Shown in pieces: positions 17,706 through 28,418 of a DNA stretch of 64,000 bases. This stretch comes from an uncultured Candidatus Marinamargulisbacteria bacterium (GTDB taxonomy: Bacteria; Margulisbacteria; Riflemargulisbacteria; GWF2-35-9; DYQY01). The first letter of the stretch is position 1. The number at the start of each line of letters is the position of its first letter. The notes beneath the pieces were generated by a model. The model was not told the origin of the DNA. It saw nothing but the letters and a program-made list of their open reading frames with translations, and made no database searches. The stretch is taken from contig CAYSAQ010000001.1 in assembly GCA_964429235.1 (NCBI GenBank), positions 266,045-330,044 of the forward strand, read 5' to 3'. The position numbers were made by a program, and so were the translations under genes.

Positions 17706-18299
17706 ATGAACACTATTCCAGAAGATATTAGCCATATATTATTATTTGCTGAGAAAAGAGAAGCAAAATACTTCATTAACAAAGCAAAGAAAATTAACGA
17801 TCATCTGTTTGTGAAAAATATAAAAAATAAAAATATATTAATAATCATTACTGGTGTTGGAAAAAATGCTATAAAAAGAACTATAAAAAATCAGAAAGAT
17901 ATAATTGATGCAGCAAACTGCAAAAGCATAATTAACCTAGGCAATGCTGGCAGCCTAATTGCTATTCCAAAATCAACAATACTAACTATTGGCCATATAA
18001 TTGGAAGAAATGGGAAAGATTCATTTCAACTAATGCAAAAAAACCATTTCACAAACGTAACTGTGAACAGTTTACAAGATAAAATACAGCTAGCTAATCA
18101 ATATAAAAATGCTCATACAGTTGATATGGAATTATTCCACTTAGCCGAAGTATTCCCCTGGATAGTTTCTCATAAAATTATTCTAGATACTTTTAAAATG
18201 AATCCCAAAACACTTCTATTCAGATTAAAGCTTCCTTTTTTAATCAAGAAAAACAGCAAACTTCTTTATAGCTTTTTCATAAATAAATATTTAACATAA
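17706..18299 (+). CDS. PNP/UDP family nucleosidase-like protein (MTA/SAH nucleosidase or futalosine hydrolase-like)
   Basis: ILIIITGVGKNA and DMELFHLAEV motifs, resembling GxGxxxA and DMEgaA of MTAN/MqnB. Abuts the mgtE stop. Confidence 0.45.
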   Translation: MNTIPEDISHILLFAEKREAKYFINKAKKINDHLFVKNIKNKNILIIITGVGKNAIKRTIKNQKDIIDAANCKSIINLGNAGSLIAIPKSTILTIGHIIGRNGKDSFQLMQKNHFTNVTVNSLQDKIQLANQYKNAHTVDMELFHLAEVFPWIVSHKIILDTFKMNPKTLLFRLKLPFLIKKNSKLLYSFFINKYLT

Positions 18300-18302
18300 A
18301 CA

Positions 18303-18337
18303 AAAACCCTCTCCAAATGGAGAGGGTTTTTGTTTAT
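18303..18337. terminator. Bidirectional intrinsic terminator between convergent operons
   Basis: Hairpin ccctctcc-aaat-ggagaggg flanked by an A-tract (aaaaa) upstream and tttttgttt downstream. Confidence 0.8.
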
Positions 18338-18361
18338 ATAGTAACTTTAGGAGATTGAGGG

Positions 18362-19867
18362 TTACTCTACCAAACTGTTTCCGGTAAGAGTATCCAGTTT
18401 ATCCAATGCTGATAATGGATTGTTTTGAACAGATTGTTTTTCTGACTCTGTCTGAGCTTCTTGCTCCGCAATCAAAGCTAATTGTTCATCTAGATTTGCT
18501 CTCTGTGTTTTAGTCATATTATCTCGGTAGTTATTATCTGCAATGTCCATAATTACTTTATTACCTTTGAACGTAGCTAAAACATCGTCAAATAATCCTC
18601 TATACAAATCTCTATCTTTATATTTAATAAAGAAATCAATAGCTGCAAAATAAAGCATAGGATATCTATAACCAGACAATCTTTTTTGTAAAATTAAAGC
18701 TTTGCGAAGAGATCTTTTACCCTCATCAACATTACCTATCTTATCTTGCATTCTTGCTATCTGCACATATAATAGTAAGTCGTTCTTCTCCATTAATGCC
18801 TTTTTATACTCAAACAACGCCTCTTCATACTTTTGTTGCATTCTATAATCATAAGCATTAACCTGGGGATCAATAATCTCTATATCTGCTGATGCCTTTA
18901 ATGGCTGTAACCATTTTTGAACTGCCTCTTGCTGTTTCTGCTGCAAAATTTGTTGGTCAATCTGCTCATCAGTAATATTTACAGGAATATCTTTTTCTCT
19001 TTTTTCCTCTACAAGCAAAATATGATATCCAAACATTGTCTTAATTGGGCCACCAATCTCACCCGGCATTAACTTATACAGCATTTTTTCAAATTCAGGA
19101 ACCATCTGTCCACGACTGATCCAACCAAGATCTCCACCTTTTTTAGCAGAAGCAGTATCTTCAGAATACTTCTCCGCAATAGCAGCAAAGTTTTTCTTAT
19201 TTGATAGGATCATTTCATAAATAGACTCTGCTTTTTTCAGTTTCTTCAAATCTTCTTCCATATTCTCAGTTGTGTTATCAACTTTAATCAAAATATGTCT
19301 TGCTTTAATCTCTGTAAAAGCCAATTTTCTATCTATCGGAGTTACTCTTACTCTGCTCGTAATACCATTTAAAAACTTTGAAACCATGATTTCGTTTTTC
19401 TGCTGCTCTTTAAAATCTTTCCATTCAACATTGTTTTCTTTTAACAACTTCTTGAATTTACCCATACTTGTAAGTCCATAGGCTTTTACAATCTGGTCCA
19501 TTCTATAGTTGAACTCTTGTGGGAAAGCTTTAATACCTTCTTCTTTTGCCTCTTTTAACATCAACATATGTGACACTGTTTCTTGAAATGACTGGTACCT
19601 ATAATAGTCAATGATATCAGGGTCAAGAACCATCCTTTGTTCAGCCGGAACACTCGAAAATAATTGATTGAACTGACGGTTATAATAATATGCATCTATT
19701 GGCTCTCCATTTAGTAATCCTAACTGAGAATAAGCTAACTCCTGCTGAGTATTACTATCTCCTCTATTCAAGAACGAATAAGCGCCAACGCCTAACATAG
19801 AAAACACAAACAAAGACACAGTAATAAACAAAATCTCTCGTGACCTTTCTCTCATAAAATTTAACAT
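18362..19867 (-). CDS. PpiD/SurA-like membrane-anchored parvulin-type peptidyl-prolyl isomerase with a C-terminal TPR-like region
   Basis: N-terminal TM helix; parvulin motifs (HILIKV..., GGDLGWISRGQMVPEFE, GYHILLVEE). Confidence 0.7.
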   Translation of the reverse strand: MLNFMRERSREILFITVSLFVFSMLGVGAYSFLNRGDSNTQQELAYSQLGLLNGEPIDAYYYNRQFNQLFSSVPAEQRMVLDPDIIDYYRYQSFQETVSHMLMLKEAKEEGIKAFPQEFNYRMDQIVKAYGLTSMGKFKKLLKENNVEWKDFKEQQKNEIMVSKFLNGITSRVRVTPIDRKLAFTEIKARHILIKVDNTTENMEEDLKKLKKAESIYEMILSNKKNFAAIAEKYSEDTASAKKGGDLGWISRGQMVPEFEKMLYKLMPGEIGGPIKTMFGYHILLVEEKREKDIPVNITDEQIDQQILQQKQQEAVQKWLQPLKASADIEIIDPQVNAYDYRMQQKYEEALFEYKKALMEKNDLLLYVQIARMQDKIGNVDEGKRSLRKALILQKRLSGYRYPMLYFAAIDFFIKYKDRDLYRGLFDDVLATFKGNKVIMDIADNNYRDNMTKTQRANLDEQLALIAEQEAQTESEKQSVQNNPLSALDKLDTLTGNSLVE

Positions 19868-19883
19868 TTAAATACCTCCCTAA

Positions 19884-20780
19884 TTACTTTTTTAATATAT
19901 TTTTCAATAAACTTTTTATCGAAAAGAAACTTGCACTCAAACTAACAGCTAAACCAATTGTAATAATAAAAATATTTAGTGAAACAAAACTCAAATGTTT
20001 AGTAAAAACATAAGCAAAATGAAAAACCTGCTGCATTTTATTATTAACTAAAAAGAAAACAATATTAATAATAATCACGGCAAACCCTGCTCCAAGCACC
20101 CCAAAAAACACTCCTTCTAGCACAAATACAGACCTAATAAAACCATTAGTAGCACCTACCAATTTCATTATCTTAACTTCTTTTTCTTTAGCAAGAATAG
20201 TTATATTAATCGTACTAGAAATAATAAGAAATGTTGCAACTAACAACAAGATAACAATTGTTGCCCCTACATAATTAAAAAGCTTCACAACGCTCTTAAA
20301 CCTACTAACAAATGTCTTACCATATCTAATATCCTGAACATCCTTAATTAACTTAAGTTCTTTAACTACTTCTTGTATATAATTCACTGATTCTAATTTT
20401 ATAACTATTAAATCTGGCAAAGGGTTAGAGGGGACTAACTCAATAATTTCCTTTTGATACTGCAACTTACTCTTTAAATCATTCCATGCATCTTCTCTAG
20501 AAATTAAAGATAAAGATTTAACGCCTTTAATTGTTTTTATTTGATCTCTTATACTCAACACTCTCTCTTGCGTTGCATTTCTTTCTAAATAAACTGAAAC
20601 ATTTAAATCATAACTAACGGTCTTAATCATTGAATTTAAATTCATGAAAATTATTAGAAACATTGCTAAAATAGATAACGAAACGGTAATTGTTATAAAT
20701 GACAAAAATGCCATTAAGGAATTCTGCTTAACAGAAATAAATGCTTCTTCCATTAAAAACTTTAATATTCTAAAGTTCAT
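19884..20780 (-). CDS. ftsX: Cell division permease FtsX
   Basis: Start taken at M15 (MNFRILKFLMEEAF..., a typical FtsX N-terminus). Four TM helices. Overlaps the ftsE stop. Confidence 0.75.
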   Translation of the reverse strand: MNFRILKFLMEEAFISVKQNSLMAFLSFITITVSLSILAMFLIIFMNLNSMIKTVSYDLNVSVYLERNATQERVLSIRDQIKTIKGVKSLSLISREDAWNDLKSKLQYQKEIIELVPSNPLPDLIVIKLESVNYIQEVVKELKLIKDVQDIRYGKTFVSRFKSVVKLFNYVGATIVILLLVATFLIISSTINITILAKEKEVKIMKLVGATNGFIRSVFVLEGVFFGVLGAGFAVIIINIVFFLVNNKMQQVFHFAYVFTKHLSFVSLNIFIITIGLAVSLSASFFSIKSLLKNILKK

Positions 20781-21447
20781 GATAGCTCCCCATCTGTTGA
20801 TCTCTGATAACATTGCCACCATGTAAGGCTATTACTCTTTTCCTCATAAGGTCTACAACCGTCTTATCATGCGTAGCTACTACCACAGTTGTATTAGTTA
20901 AATTAATCTTTGAAATAATCTGAATAATCTCCAATGATGCATCTGGATCTAAATTTCCTGTTGGCTCGTCTGCTAATAGGATATGCGGCTTATTAATAAT
21001 TGCCCTCGCAATACAAGCTTTCTGTTGCTCTCCTCCTGATAGTTGGTAAGGATAACAATGAAGCTTGTTCTCTAAACCTACCGTCTCGACGACTCTATCA
21101 ATTTTCTCTTGAATTACCTTCTTTTTCTCACCCTGAATCTTTAGGACATACGCTAAATTTTCATATATTGTTCTATTAAGTATCTTAAAATCTTGAAATA
21201 CAAACCCCATATTTTTTCGTAAATTAGAAACCTGTCTTTCGGAGAAGTCGTTAATATTTGTCATGCCAACATAAATGCTACCAGAATCAGGTTTGTCTTC
21301 TCTTGTTAATAGATTTAACAACGTAGTTTTACCAGCACCTGTCTGGCCTACAAGAAATACAAATTCATCTTTTGCTATATGTAAATTAATATGGTTGAGT
21401 ACTGTTAGGTCTTGATACTTTTTAGTAACGTTTCTTAATCGAATCAC
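20770..21447 (-). CDS. ftsE: Cell division ATP-binding protein FtsE
   Basis: Walker A (GQTGAGKTTLL), ABC signature (LSGGEQQ), Walker B (LLADEPTGNLD). Confidence 0.85.
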   Translation of the reverse strand: MIRLRNVTKKYQDLTVLNHINLHIAKDEFVFLVGQTGAGKTTLLNLLTREDKPDSGSIYVGMTNINDFSERQVSNLRKNMGFVFQDFKILNRTIYENLAYVLKIQGEKKKVIQEKIDRVVETVGLENKLHCYPYQLSGGEQQKACIARAIINKPHILLADEPTGNLDPDASLEIIQIISKINLTNTTVVVATHDKTVVDLMRKRVIALHGGNVIRDQQMGSYHEL

Positions 21448-22398
21448 TTATTTTCGTGAGATAACGGCTAATGCCTTGTTTACAATTCCGTCCACAGTTA
21501 AGTTATGCTTTTCAAGAAGCTCATTTGGTTTTCCACTTTCGCCAAATACACCTTCAACTCCGAGCATCTCCATTGGAACTGGGCATGTTTTGATTACTAC
21601 TTCAGCAACTGCACTACCCATACCACCAACAACTGTATGTTCTTCAGCTGTAACAATAGCACCTGTCTTCTTAGCCATTGCACAAACATTATCCTCATCC
21701 ATTGGTTTTATTGAAGATACATTTACAACTGCTGCATTAATATTATGATCTTTTTTTAATACCTCAGCTGCATCTAAAGAAAGTTTAACCATGATTCCAC
21801 AAGCCATTATTGCGACATCTAATCCTTCCCTAAGAACATTATTCTTGCCTAGTTCAAATTTAAAATTTTCGACATCAAATACAAGCGGAGTTGCGCCTCT
21901 ACTCATCCTTACATAATAAGGACCTGGCTGGTCAGCAACATACTTAACCATTGTTTCTGCTTCTATAGCATCAGCAGGAACTAATACTTTCATATTAGGA
22001 AGAACTCTCATTAAAGTAATATCCTCTAATGCTTGGTGTGATGCACCATCTTCACCAACAGTAATCCCAGCGTGCGTAGCACATATTTTCACATTTAATC
22101 TTGGATAACAGATAGAGTTCCTAATTTGTTCCCATGGTCTGCCAGTAACAAACATAGAAAAAGAACTAGCAAATACTGTCTTACCCATACAAGCTAACCC
22201 TGCGGCCATCCCTATTAAATTTTGCTCGGCAATTCCTGCATTAAAAAATCTATCAGGAAATTTTGCTGCAAACTTTGCTGTTCTTGTAGAACAAGACAAA
22301 TCTGCATCTAATACAACTACATCTTTATTGGTTTCTCCTAGAGCTATCAATGCTTTAGCATAATGATCTCTAGTAGCTGCTGATTCTAACATCCACAT
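21448..22398 (-). CDS. Transketolase, C-terminal (pyrimidine-binding) subunit
   Basis: Split transketolase; this is the 316-aa C-terminal half. Confidence 0.8.
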   Translation of the reverse strand: MWMLESAATRDHYAKALIALGETNKDVVVLDADLSCSTRTAKFAAKFPDRFFNAGIAEQNLIGMAAGLACMGKTVFASSFSMFVTGRPWEQIRNSICYPRLNVKICATHAGITVGEDGASHQALEDITLMRVLPNMKVLVPADAIEAETMVKYVADQPGPYYVRMSRGATPLVFDVENFKFELGKNNVLREGLDVAIMACGIMVKLSLDAAEVLKKDHNINAAVVNVSSIKPMDEDNVCAMAKKTGAIVTAEEHTVVGGMGSAVAEVVIKTCPVPMEMLGVEGVFGESGKPNELLEKHNLTVDGIVNKALAVISRK

Positions 22399-23231
22399 AC
22401 TCCATTTATTTTATCTAATTCACTACAAGCTTCTACCTTCTGATCATCATTACAAGGAGCTCCGTGAAAACAAAGCTGTCCTTCCATAAATGAAACACCT
22501 TTACCTTTAACAGTATCAGCAACAATTGCAACAGGCTTTCCTTTAATAGAATCTGCCTTAACAAGCGCATCATCAATGTCCTGAAAACAATGACCATCAA
22601 TCTCGAATACTTCCCAACCGAAAGCTCTGAACTTATCAGCTATAGGGTCAATGCCCATAATGTCTTCAATAGCTCCATCGATTTGAAGTTTATTATTATC
22701 TATAAATGCACAAAGGTTATCACATTTGTAATGAGCAGCAGACATAGCAGCTTCCCAAACCTGACCTTCTTGCAATTCGCCATCACCTAAAACAGCATAA
22801 ACTCTATTAGGCTTCTTATCTAGCTTCAAAGCTAGTGACATTCCAACAGAAGCTGAAAGGCCTTGACCTAACGATCCTGTAGACATTTCGATACCAGGAA
22901 TAGCGTTTTTATCAGGGTGTCCTTGTAACCTAGACCCAACCTGCCTAAGTGTTTTCAATTCTTCCTCTGGAAAGAACCCTCTTACTGCCATTGCAGAATA
23001 AAGTGCAGGCGCAGCGTGTCCTTTACAAAGAACAAAAATATCTCTGTCTTCTTTTTTAGGCTGCTTTGGATCAATATTCATCCACTTAAAGTATAAGTGA
23101 GTGATAATATCGGCCATCGACATGGAGCCGCCAGGATGCCCAGATTTTGCCGCATGTGTCATTTCCACAATATGCTTACGAATCTTGCCTGCTACGGACT
23201 GAAGTTTTTCTAGTTGAATTTCATCTATCAT
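22386..23231 (-). CDS. Transketolase, N-terminal (TPP-binding) subunit
   Basis: GHPGGS and GDGELQEG TPP-binding motifs. Confidence 0.8.
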   Translation of the reverse strand: MIDEIQLEKLQSVAGKIRKHIVEMTHAAKSGHPGGSMSMADIITHLYFKWMNIDPKQPKKEDRDIFVLCKGHAAPALYSAMAVRGFFPEEELKTLRQVGSRLQGHPDKNAIPGIEMSTGSLGQGLSASVGMSLALKLDKKPNRVYAVLGDGELQEGQVWEAAMSAAHYKCDNLCAFIDNNKLQIDGAIEDIMGIDPIADKFRAFGWEVFEIDGHCFQDIDDALVKADSIKGKPVAIVADTVKGKGVSFMEGQLCFHGAPCNDDQKVEACSELDKINGVCGC

Positions 23232-23241
23232 TATTATTCGG

Positions 23242-24258
23242 CTATTTTAACAGTATTTTCTGAATATCAAAATAAGAAATATATATAACGAATAATATTA
23301 ATATAAAAAAGCCTGCTAAATGGATTCGAGACTCTATTGATCTAGACATCTTTTCTCCTAATATTTTATCTAAAATAGCAATAAAAATCCTGCCTCCATC
23401 TAAAGCTGGGATAGGTAATAGATTAATAACCGCAAGGTTTATGCTAAGTAATGCCAAGAACCCAAAGAAATACACAAACCCAAAAGAAGCTGCTTGCCCT
23501 GTTAAGGATATGATACCCACGGGGCCATAAACCTGATCAAGTGAAACTTCTCTAGTAATTAGCAAAGACAAGCCTTGAAAGATAGATTTAACCAACTGCG
23601 CACTTTGCAATGTTGCCACTTCTAAAGATTTCACTATTGAAAATGCACCATTTCTACCTAACAAAAATCTAACCCCAATTACATATCTACCATTATCTTG
23701 CTCTGGGGTTACTGTAACTGTTCTTTTCATCTCACCTCTTCTTAGAACAAGCACTAATGCATCAGTGCCAGCTGAAGAAATAAGATTAGCCAATTCAGAA
23801 CCATTGCTAACTGAATAGTCATTTATAGATAAAACTTGATCACCTTTTAAAACACCAGATTGTTGTGCAGGGCTACCTTGATAAACATAATCTATAATAT
23901 TTGTTGAAACGGAAGGAACTCCCATAAAAAAAGTAATCATAAGGAATACTACCCAAGCAAATAAAAAATTGTAAAAAGATCCAGCAAAAAGTATCTTTAA
24001 TTTATTAAGAAAACTTATCTCTATATCAGAACTATTATCATTAACTGAATCCATGCCAGCTACTCGAACATACCCACCTAATGGAAGTAGTCTTAAAGAA
24101 AACTCGGTATCACCAAATTTTTTACTGAACAAGCTTTTGCCCATTCCAATAGAAAACTCATGTACCGGTATTCCTGCTGATCTAGCAGCAATAAAATGTC
24201 CTAGTTCGTGAACTACTATAATTATTGATAAACTTAATAATGCAAAAATTATGCTCAC
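23242..24258 (-). CDS. rseP: RIP site-2 zinc metalloprotease RseP
   Basis: HELGHF HExxH within a TM helix, a PDZ domain and LDGG. Confidence 0.8.
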   Translation of the reverse strand: MSIIFALLSLSIIIVVHELGHFIAARSAGIPVHEFSIGMGKSLFSKKFGDTEFSLRLLPLGGYVRVAGMDSVNDNSSDIEISFLNKLKILFAGSFYNFLFAWVVFLMITFFMGVPSVSTNIIDYVYQGSPAQQSGVLKGDQVLSINDYSVSNGSELANLISSAGTDALVLVLRRGEMKRTVTVTPEQDNGRYVIGVRFLLGRNGAFSIVKSLEVATLQSAQLVKSIFQGLSLLITREVSLDQVYGPVGIISLTGQAASFGFVYFFGFLALLSINLAVINLLPIPALDGGRIFIAILDKILGEKMSRSIESRIHLAGFFILILFVIYISYFDIQKILLK

Positions 24259-25406
24259 GAAACAAACCTACTCATAAGCTTATAGCCTATAACAGTTTCA
24301 TCAGAATAAGTTTTAGCACAATTCTCTGTATATTCTGCTCCTTTATTATCTTTCAAATTTTTATTGTCATAAATAAGATATGGGACATCATCTCTAGAAT
24401 GCGTCTTGATCTCAATAGGTGTTGGGTGATCCGGAAGTATCAATAGTTTATACTCTTCCTGTTTTATCTCAGATAAAATAGTGCCAATTACTTTTTCATC
24501 AAAGTCTTCAATAGCTTTTACCTTTAGGTCTAAATCTCCTGTATGCCCAGCTTCATCAGGTGCCTCTACATGGATAAACACAATATCATAATCATTTAGA
24601 GCATCTAAAGCATACTGCGCCTTACCAACATAGTTGGTATCAACAAACCCCGTTATTCCAGGCACTGTAATATAATCCATGCCTGCTGCAAAACCTAAGC
24701 CCTTTACCAGGTCTACTGCTGTAATAACCGCGCCTTTAAGCCCATGTTTCGACTCAAAAGTCGGAATAGATAGTTTGGTTCCTTGACCCCAAAGCCAAAC
24801 CATATTAGCGCTTATATCTTCAGGCATAACGGTTGCGCTCTTATTCATAATATCTTTAATTAATGAGGAGTCACTGCCCTTTGGCAGATATCCAGAGATA
24901 TCTCGCCCTGTTATATCATGTGGGGGAGTTGTTTCTATATTAAAACTTGTATCTGTGATCTTAAGTAAATTTCTATAACTAACACCTGCATAGAACTCCA
25001 TATTATCCACATCTGCAATCATCGCATTTAATGATGAAATTGCTTTCTCGCCATCTTCACTAGAAATATGGCCAGCAGTAAAATCTTTCATCTTATTATC
25101 TTCAATGGTAACTAGGTTAGCTCTAAATACTGTATCACTATCAGCTAACTCAACACTTTGGGCAACTGCCTCAATAGGCGCTCTGCCTGTATAATAAACT
25201 TCAGGATCATAGCCAAACAATGAAAGGTTGCACACATCACTGCCTGGAGGTAACGAATCTGGAGTGTTCTTAGCCAAACCTATCTCACCTATTCGGGCTA
25301 TTAAATCTAGATTAGGGATATTGGCTAATTCTAAAGCCGTTTTACCTTCTTTGCTATCTGTAGTCCAACCGGACATACCGTCACCAATGATAACTATGTA
25401 TTTCAT
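24255..25406 (-). CDS. apgM: Cofactor-independent phosphoglycerate mutase, ApgM (archaeal) type
   Basis: N-terminal MKYIVIIGDGMSG and overall ApgM-like features. 383 aa. Confidence 0.65.
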   Translation of the reverse strand: MKYIVIIGDGMSGWTTDSKEGKTALELANIPNLDLIARIGEIGLAKNTPDSLPPGSDVCNLSLFGYDPEVYYTGRAPIEAVAQSVELADSDTVFRANLVTIEDNKMKDFTAGHISSEDGEKAISSLNAMIADVDNMEFYAGVSYRNLLKITDTSFNIETTPPHDITGRDISGYLPKGSDSSLIKDIMNKSATVMPEDISANMVWLWGQGTKLSIPTFESKHGLKGAVITAVDLVKGLGFAAGMDYITVPGITGFVDTNYVGKAQYALDALNDYDIVFIHVEAPDEAGHTGDLDLKVKAIEDFDEKVIGTILSEIKQEEYKLLILPDHPTPIEIKTHSRDDVPYLIYDNKNLKDNKGAEYTENCAKTYSDETVIGYKLMSRFVS

Positions 25407-25453
25407 GGTTTTATTATAAATGAAAATAGAGGGTTTGTCTTAAATTAGAACCA

Positions 25454-26719
25454 TTAATCTTGAGAATTATATAAACTAGAATTAGAGAGGCCAATCCCCT
25501 CCATTTCACGCAACTGCTCATTAATAATTTTCCCCAGATCATCTTTTTTTATATAATTTCTTGAAAAATCAAACATTGCTTCTTCAATTACCTTCTTATA
25601 GCCAGCTAACTTTGATATTAATTCTATTCTACCTTTTGCCTGATTCTGAGAATCTTCCATTATGCTTCCAACCTTCTTGATTACAGCTTTTATTTCAGCA
25701 GAAGATTTCTCTTCATCACCAACTACGCCTATCTCTTTAAGGTCATTAGCTAAAATCAAAAAAGTTGCTTCATCCTCACTTCCATTTACAGTTTGATACC
25801 TACAAATAACCTCACAGAGCAAACCCATATCATCTGTATCAACAAGGCTTACCTGAATATTAGAATTTGGATTGCTAAATAGATAAACACCTTCCTCTTC
25901 TTTCGATTCAAAAAAAGAACCCGTATGAGCAGAATCAATAACTTCTAAAGCAAACGAAATAGACGAATTTATATACTCTGATATCTGCATTATCAACCTT
26001 GCTGTTGATTGATTATGTACTGATGAATCAGCACTTAAAAAACTAAGAGAATTTTTGTTATCTTTTCTAAATACTTGAATAGCATTCTTAACATCAATAG
26101 CTTCTTCCATTGAAACCATTTTTAAAACAGACTCATTCAAGACGCTTAACTCAATATGTAAATTATTCATATACGCTGCAAGCTCATCCGACTCAACATA
26201 ACCGTCATCCCTATACAACTTAGGTAATGTTGACTTTAATCCCATTCCAGCACTAAACCTTATAGGCAAATGAGTTTTCTCATTCATTACAGAGATATTG
26301 CCAACAAGATGCTCCGACTCATGAAACAAGTGCTGCGTTAACCTCAACTTAATAAAATCAAGTTCCTGAATAAACATTTTTGTTGATATGCAAATATTAT
26401 TATTCCCCAAATCACAATGGTCAAAATCACTTTCTGACATAAATGGAGGAATAACTATACTATAATCAAACTCGGCACCAACTCGATTATTGATAAGACT
26501 ATGAACATTTTGAAACAATGCAGAAACATAGGATTTGTCGTCATTATTTTGGCCAATAACTATCGTCCCGTTTGGGATTATCTTAAAATCACTGACACCC
26601 AATAGTTGCAATCTTTCACCTATCGCAACCGCAACCTCCATAGGTGATGCTTTTGATTGCATTGCCAGAATGATATTCGGAACAATATTTTTACTCATTG
26701 CTACTATTTTCTTTCTCAT
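25454..26719 (-). CDS. Hypothetical protein (421 aa), no recognisable domain
   Basis: Long ORF with coding-like composition; no motifs recognised. Confidence 0.4.
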   Translation of the reverse strand: MRKKIVAMSKNIVPNIILAMQSKASPMEVAVAIGERLQLLGVSDFKIIPNGTIVIGQNNDDKSYVSALFQNVHSLINNRVGAEFDYSIVIPPFMSESDFDHCDLGNNNICISTKMFIQELDFIKLRLTQHLFHESEHLVGNISVMNEKTHLPIRFSAGMGLKSTLPKLYRDDGYVESDELAAYMNNLHIELSVLNESVLKMVSMEEAIDVKNAIQVFRKDNKNSLSFLSADSSVHNQSTARLIMQISEYINSSISFALEVIDSAHTGSFFESKEEEGVYLFSNPNSNIQVSLVDTDDMGLLCEVICRYQTVNGSEDEATFLILANDLKEIGVVGDEEKSSAEIKAVIKKVGSIMEDSQNQAKGRIELISKLAGYKKVIEEAMFDFSRNYIKKDDLGKIINEQLREMEGIGLSNSSLYNSQD

Positions 26720-26767
26720 ATATAAAATATGCCCAAAAATAATAAATTTAAACGGATTATTTAAAGA

Positions 26768-27913
26768 TTAAAGACTGTCTATAAACTTCTTGATTCTAGC
26801 AAGAGCTTCTTTTAGCTCATCCATGCTACAGGCATAGCAACAACGAACATGATCATCGATCATTTCACCAAATGCATTACCAGGCACAACAGCTACTCTG
26901 CCTTCTTTTAAAAGCCTCATTGCGAAGTCTTCAGCACTCATGCCAAACTTCTTAATACTTGGGAACATATAGAAAGCACCTTCTGGCTTTTCTACATCAA
27001 ACCCTATCTCTTTTAAGCCTTCATAAAAAAAGTTCCTTCTTAGCTCGTAAGAGTCCCTCATCCTCTCAAGTTCTGACCGTCCATTACGCAATGCTTCAAT
27101 TGCCGCATACTGAGACATGATAGGAGCACAAAGAACGTTATACTGTTGAATCTTAACCATCTCATCTAATACTTCTTTTGGACAAGCAACATAGCCTATT
27201 CTCCAACCAGTCATTGCATAGTTCTTAGAGAATCCATTTAACAAAATTAGTCTATCTTTAACATATGTTGATGCAGAAATTGGTTCTATATCATAAACCA
27301 TATCACCGTATACCTCATCAGAAATAAGCCAAAGATCGTGCTTCTTACAGGTTTCTATAATATCTACTAATTGTTCCTTTGAGATCATCTTCCCAGAAGG
27401 ATTACTTGGATAAGAGATAAGAACTGCTTTTGTCTTAGAAGTTACATGTTTTTCTAATGTATCACTAGTAAGAAACATTCCATCTTCTCTAGTATCAACC
27501 ATTACAGGATTTGCTCCAGTCAAAAATGCTAAAGGCTCGTAACAAACGTATCCAGGTGCAGGAATAATAATCTCATCTCCTGGATCTAACAGTGTTCTAA
27601 AAGCCATATCTAACCCTGCCGATACACCAACGGTTATCATTACTTCATCTTGAGGATTATAATCTGCATTAAAAAACTTCTTTAGATATTTACTTATTTC
27701 TTTTCTAAGATCAAGCAAACCCATATTTGAAGTATAAGAAGTATGCCCTTTCTCTAAATGAAAGATACCTTGTTCGGTAATCTGCCATGGTGTTGGAAAG
27801 TCTGGCTCCCCTACTCCTAAAGAAATAACATCCTTACTGTTAAGGACTAAGTCAAAAAACTTTCTTATACCTGACGGCTTTACTTGTTTTAATTTTGAAG
27901 ATAATTCTTTCAT
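26768..27913 (-). CDS. Class I/II PLP-dependent aminotransferase (AspC-like)
   Basis: LGVGEPDFPTP and SFSKNYAMTGWRIGY motifs (the PLP lysine region). Confidence 0.75.
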   Translation of the reverse strand: MKELSSKLKQVKPSGIRKFFDLVLNSKDVISLGVGEPDFPTPWQITEQGIFHLEKGHTSYTSNMGLLDLRKEISKYLKKFFNADYNPQDEVMITVGVSAGLDMAFRTLLDPGDEIIIPAPGYVCYEPLAFLTGANPVMVDTREDGMFLTSDTLEKHVTSKTKAVLISYPSNPSGKMISKEQLVDIIETCKKHDLWLISDEVYGDMVYDIEPISASTYVKDRLILLNGFSKNYAMTGWRIGYVACPKEVLDEMVKIQQYNVLCAPIMSQYAAIEALRNGRSELERMRDSYELRRNFFYEGLKEIGFDVEKPEGAFYMFPSIKKFGMSAEDFAMRLLKEGRVAVVPGNAFGEMIDDHVRCCYACSMDELKEALARIKKFIDSL

Positions 27914-27921
27914 CGTTTTCC

Positions 27922-28416
27922 CTAGTAAGACAAATTCAAGCGCTGAGAACCTTCTTGAGCCATTGCCCCCATTACTACACCATTTTCTTTATATTTCTTT
28001 AACTGAAAATGCGTTGCAGTAGATATTATTCTATCGATTGTAGACAGCTTGCTAGAAACAAAAGCTGCAATATTCTTTAATGAAGACCCTTCAATAACTA
28101 CTAATAAATCATATCCACCACTCATTAAGTATACGGACTTAACTTCTGGAAACTTCTGCAATCTTTCACCAAGGCTATCAAACCCTTTGTCTCTTTCGGG
28201 CGTAACTTTTAATTCTATAAAAGCTGTAACAGTATCGTCTTCTAGTAATTCTTCATTAACTACTGCTGAATACTTAAGTATTATTTTCCCATCTTCTAAT
28301 TCCTTAATCATGTCTTTAACTTCTTGCTCAGACACTCCTAGCATCTTAGAAATATCTTCGTTTGATAATCTAGAATTCTCTTTTAAAATCTCAGTTAGCT
28401 TTTCTTTCATACTCAT
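27922..28416 (-). CDS. Lrp/AsnC family transcriptional regulator
   Basis: N-terminal HTH (NEDISKMLGVSEQEV) and a C-terminal RAM domain. 164 aa. Confidence 0.65.
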   Translation of the reverse strand: MSMKEKLTEILKENSRLSNEDISKMLGVSEQEVKDMIKELEDGKIILKYSAVVNEELLEDDTVTAFIELKVTPERDKGFDSLGERLQKFPEVKSVYLMSGGYDLLVVIEGSSLKNIAAFVSSKLSTIDRIISTATHFQLKKYKENGVVMGAMAQEGSQRLNLSY

Positions 28417-28418
28417 AA

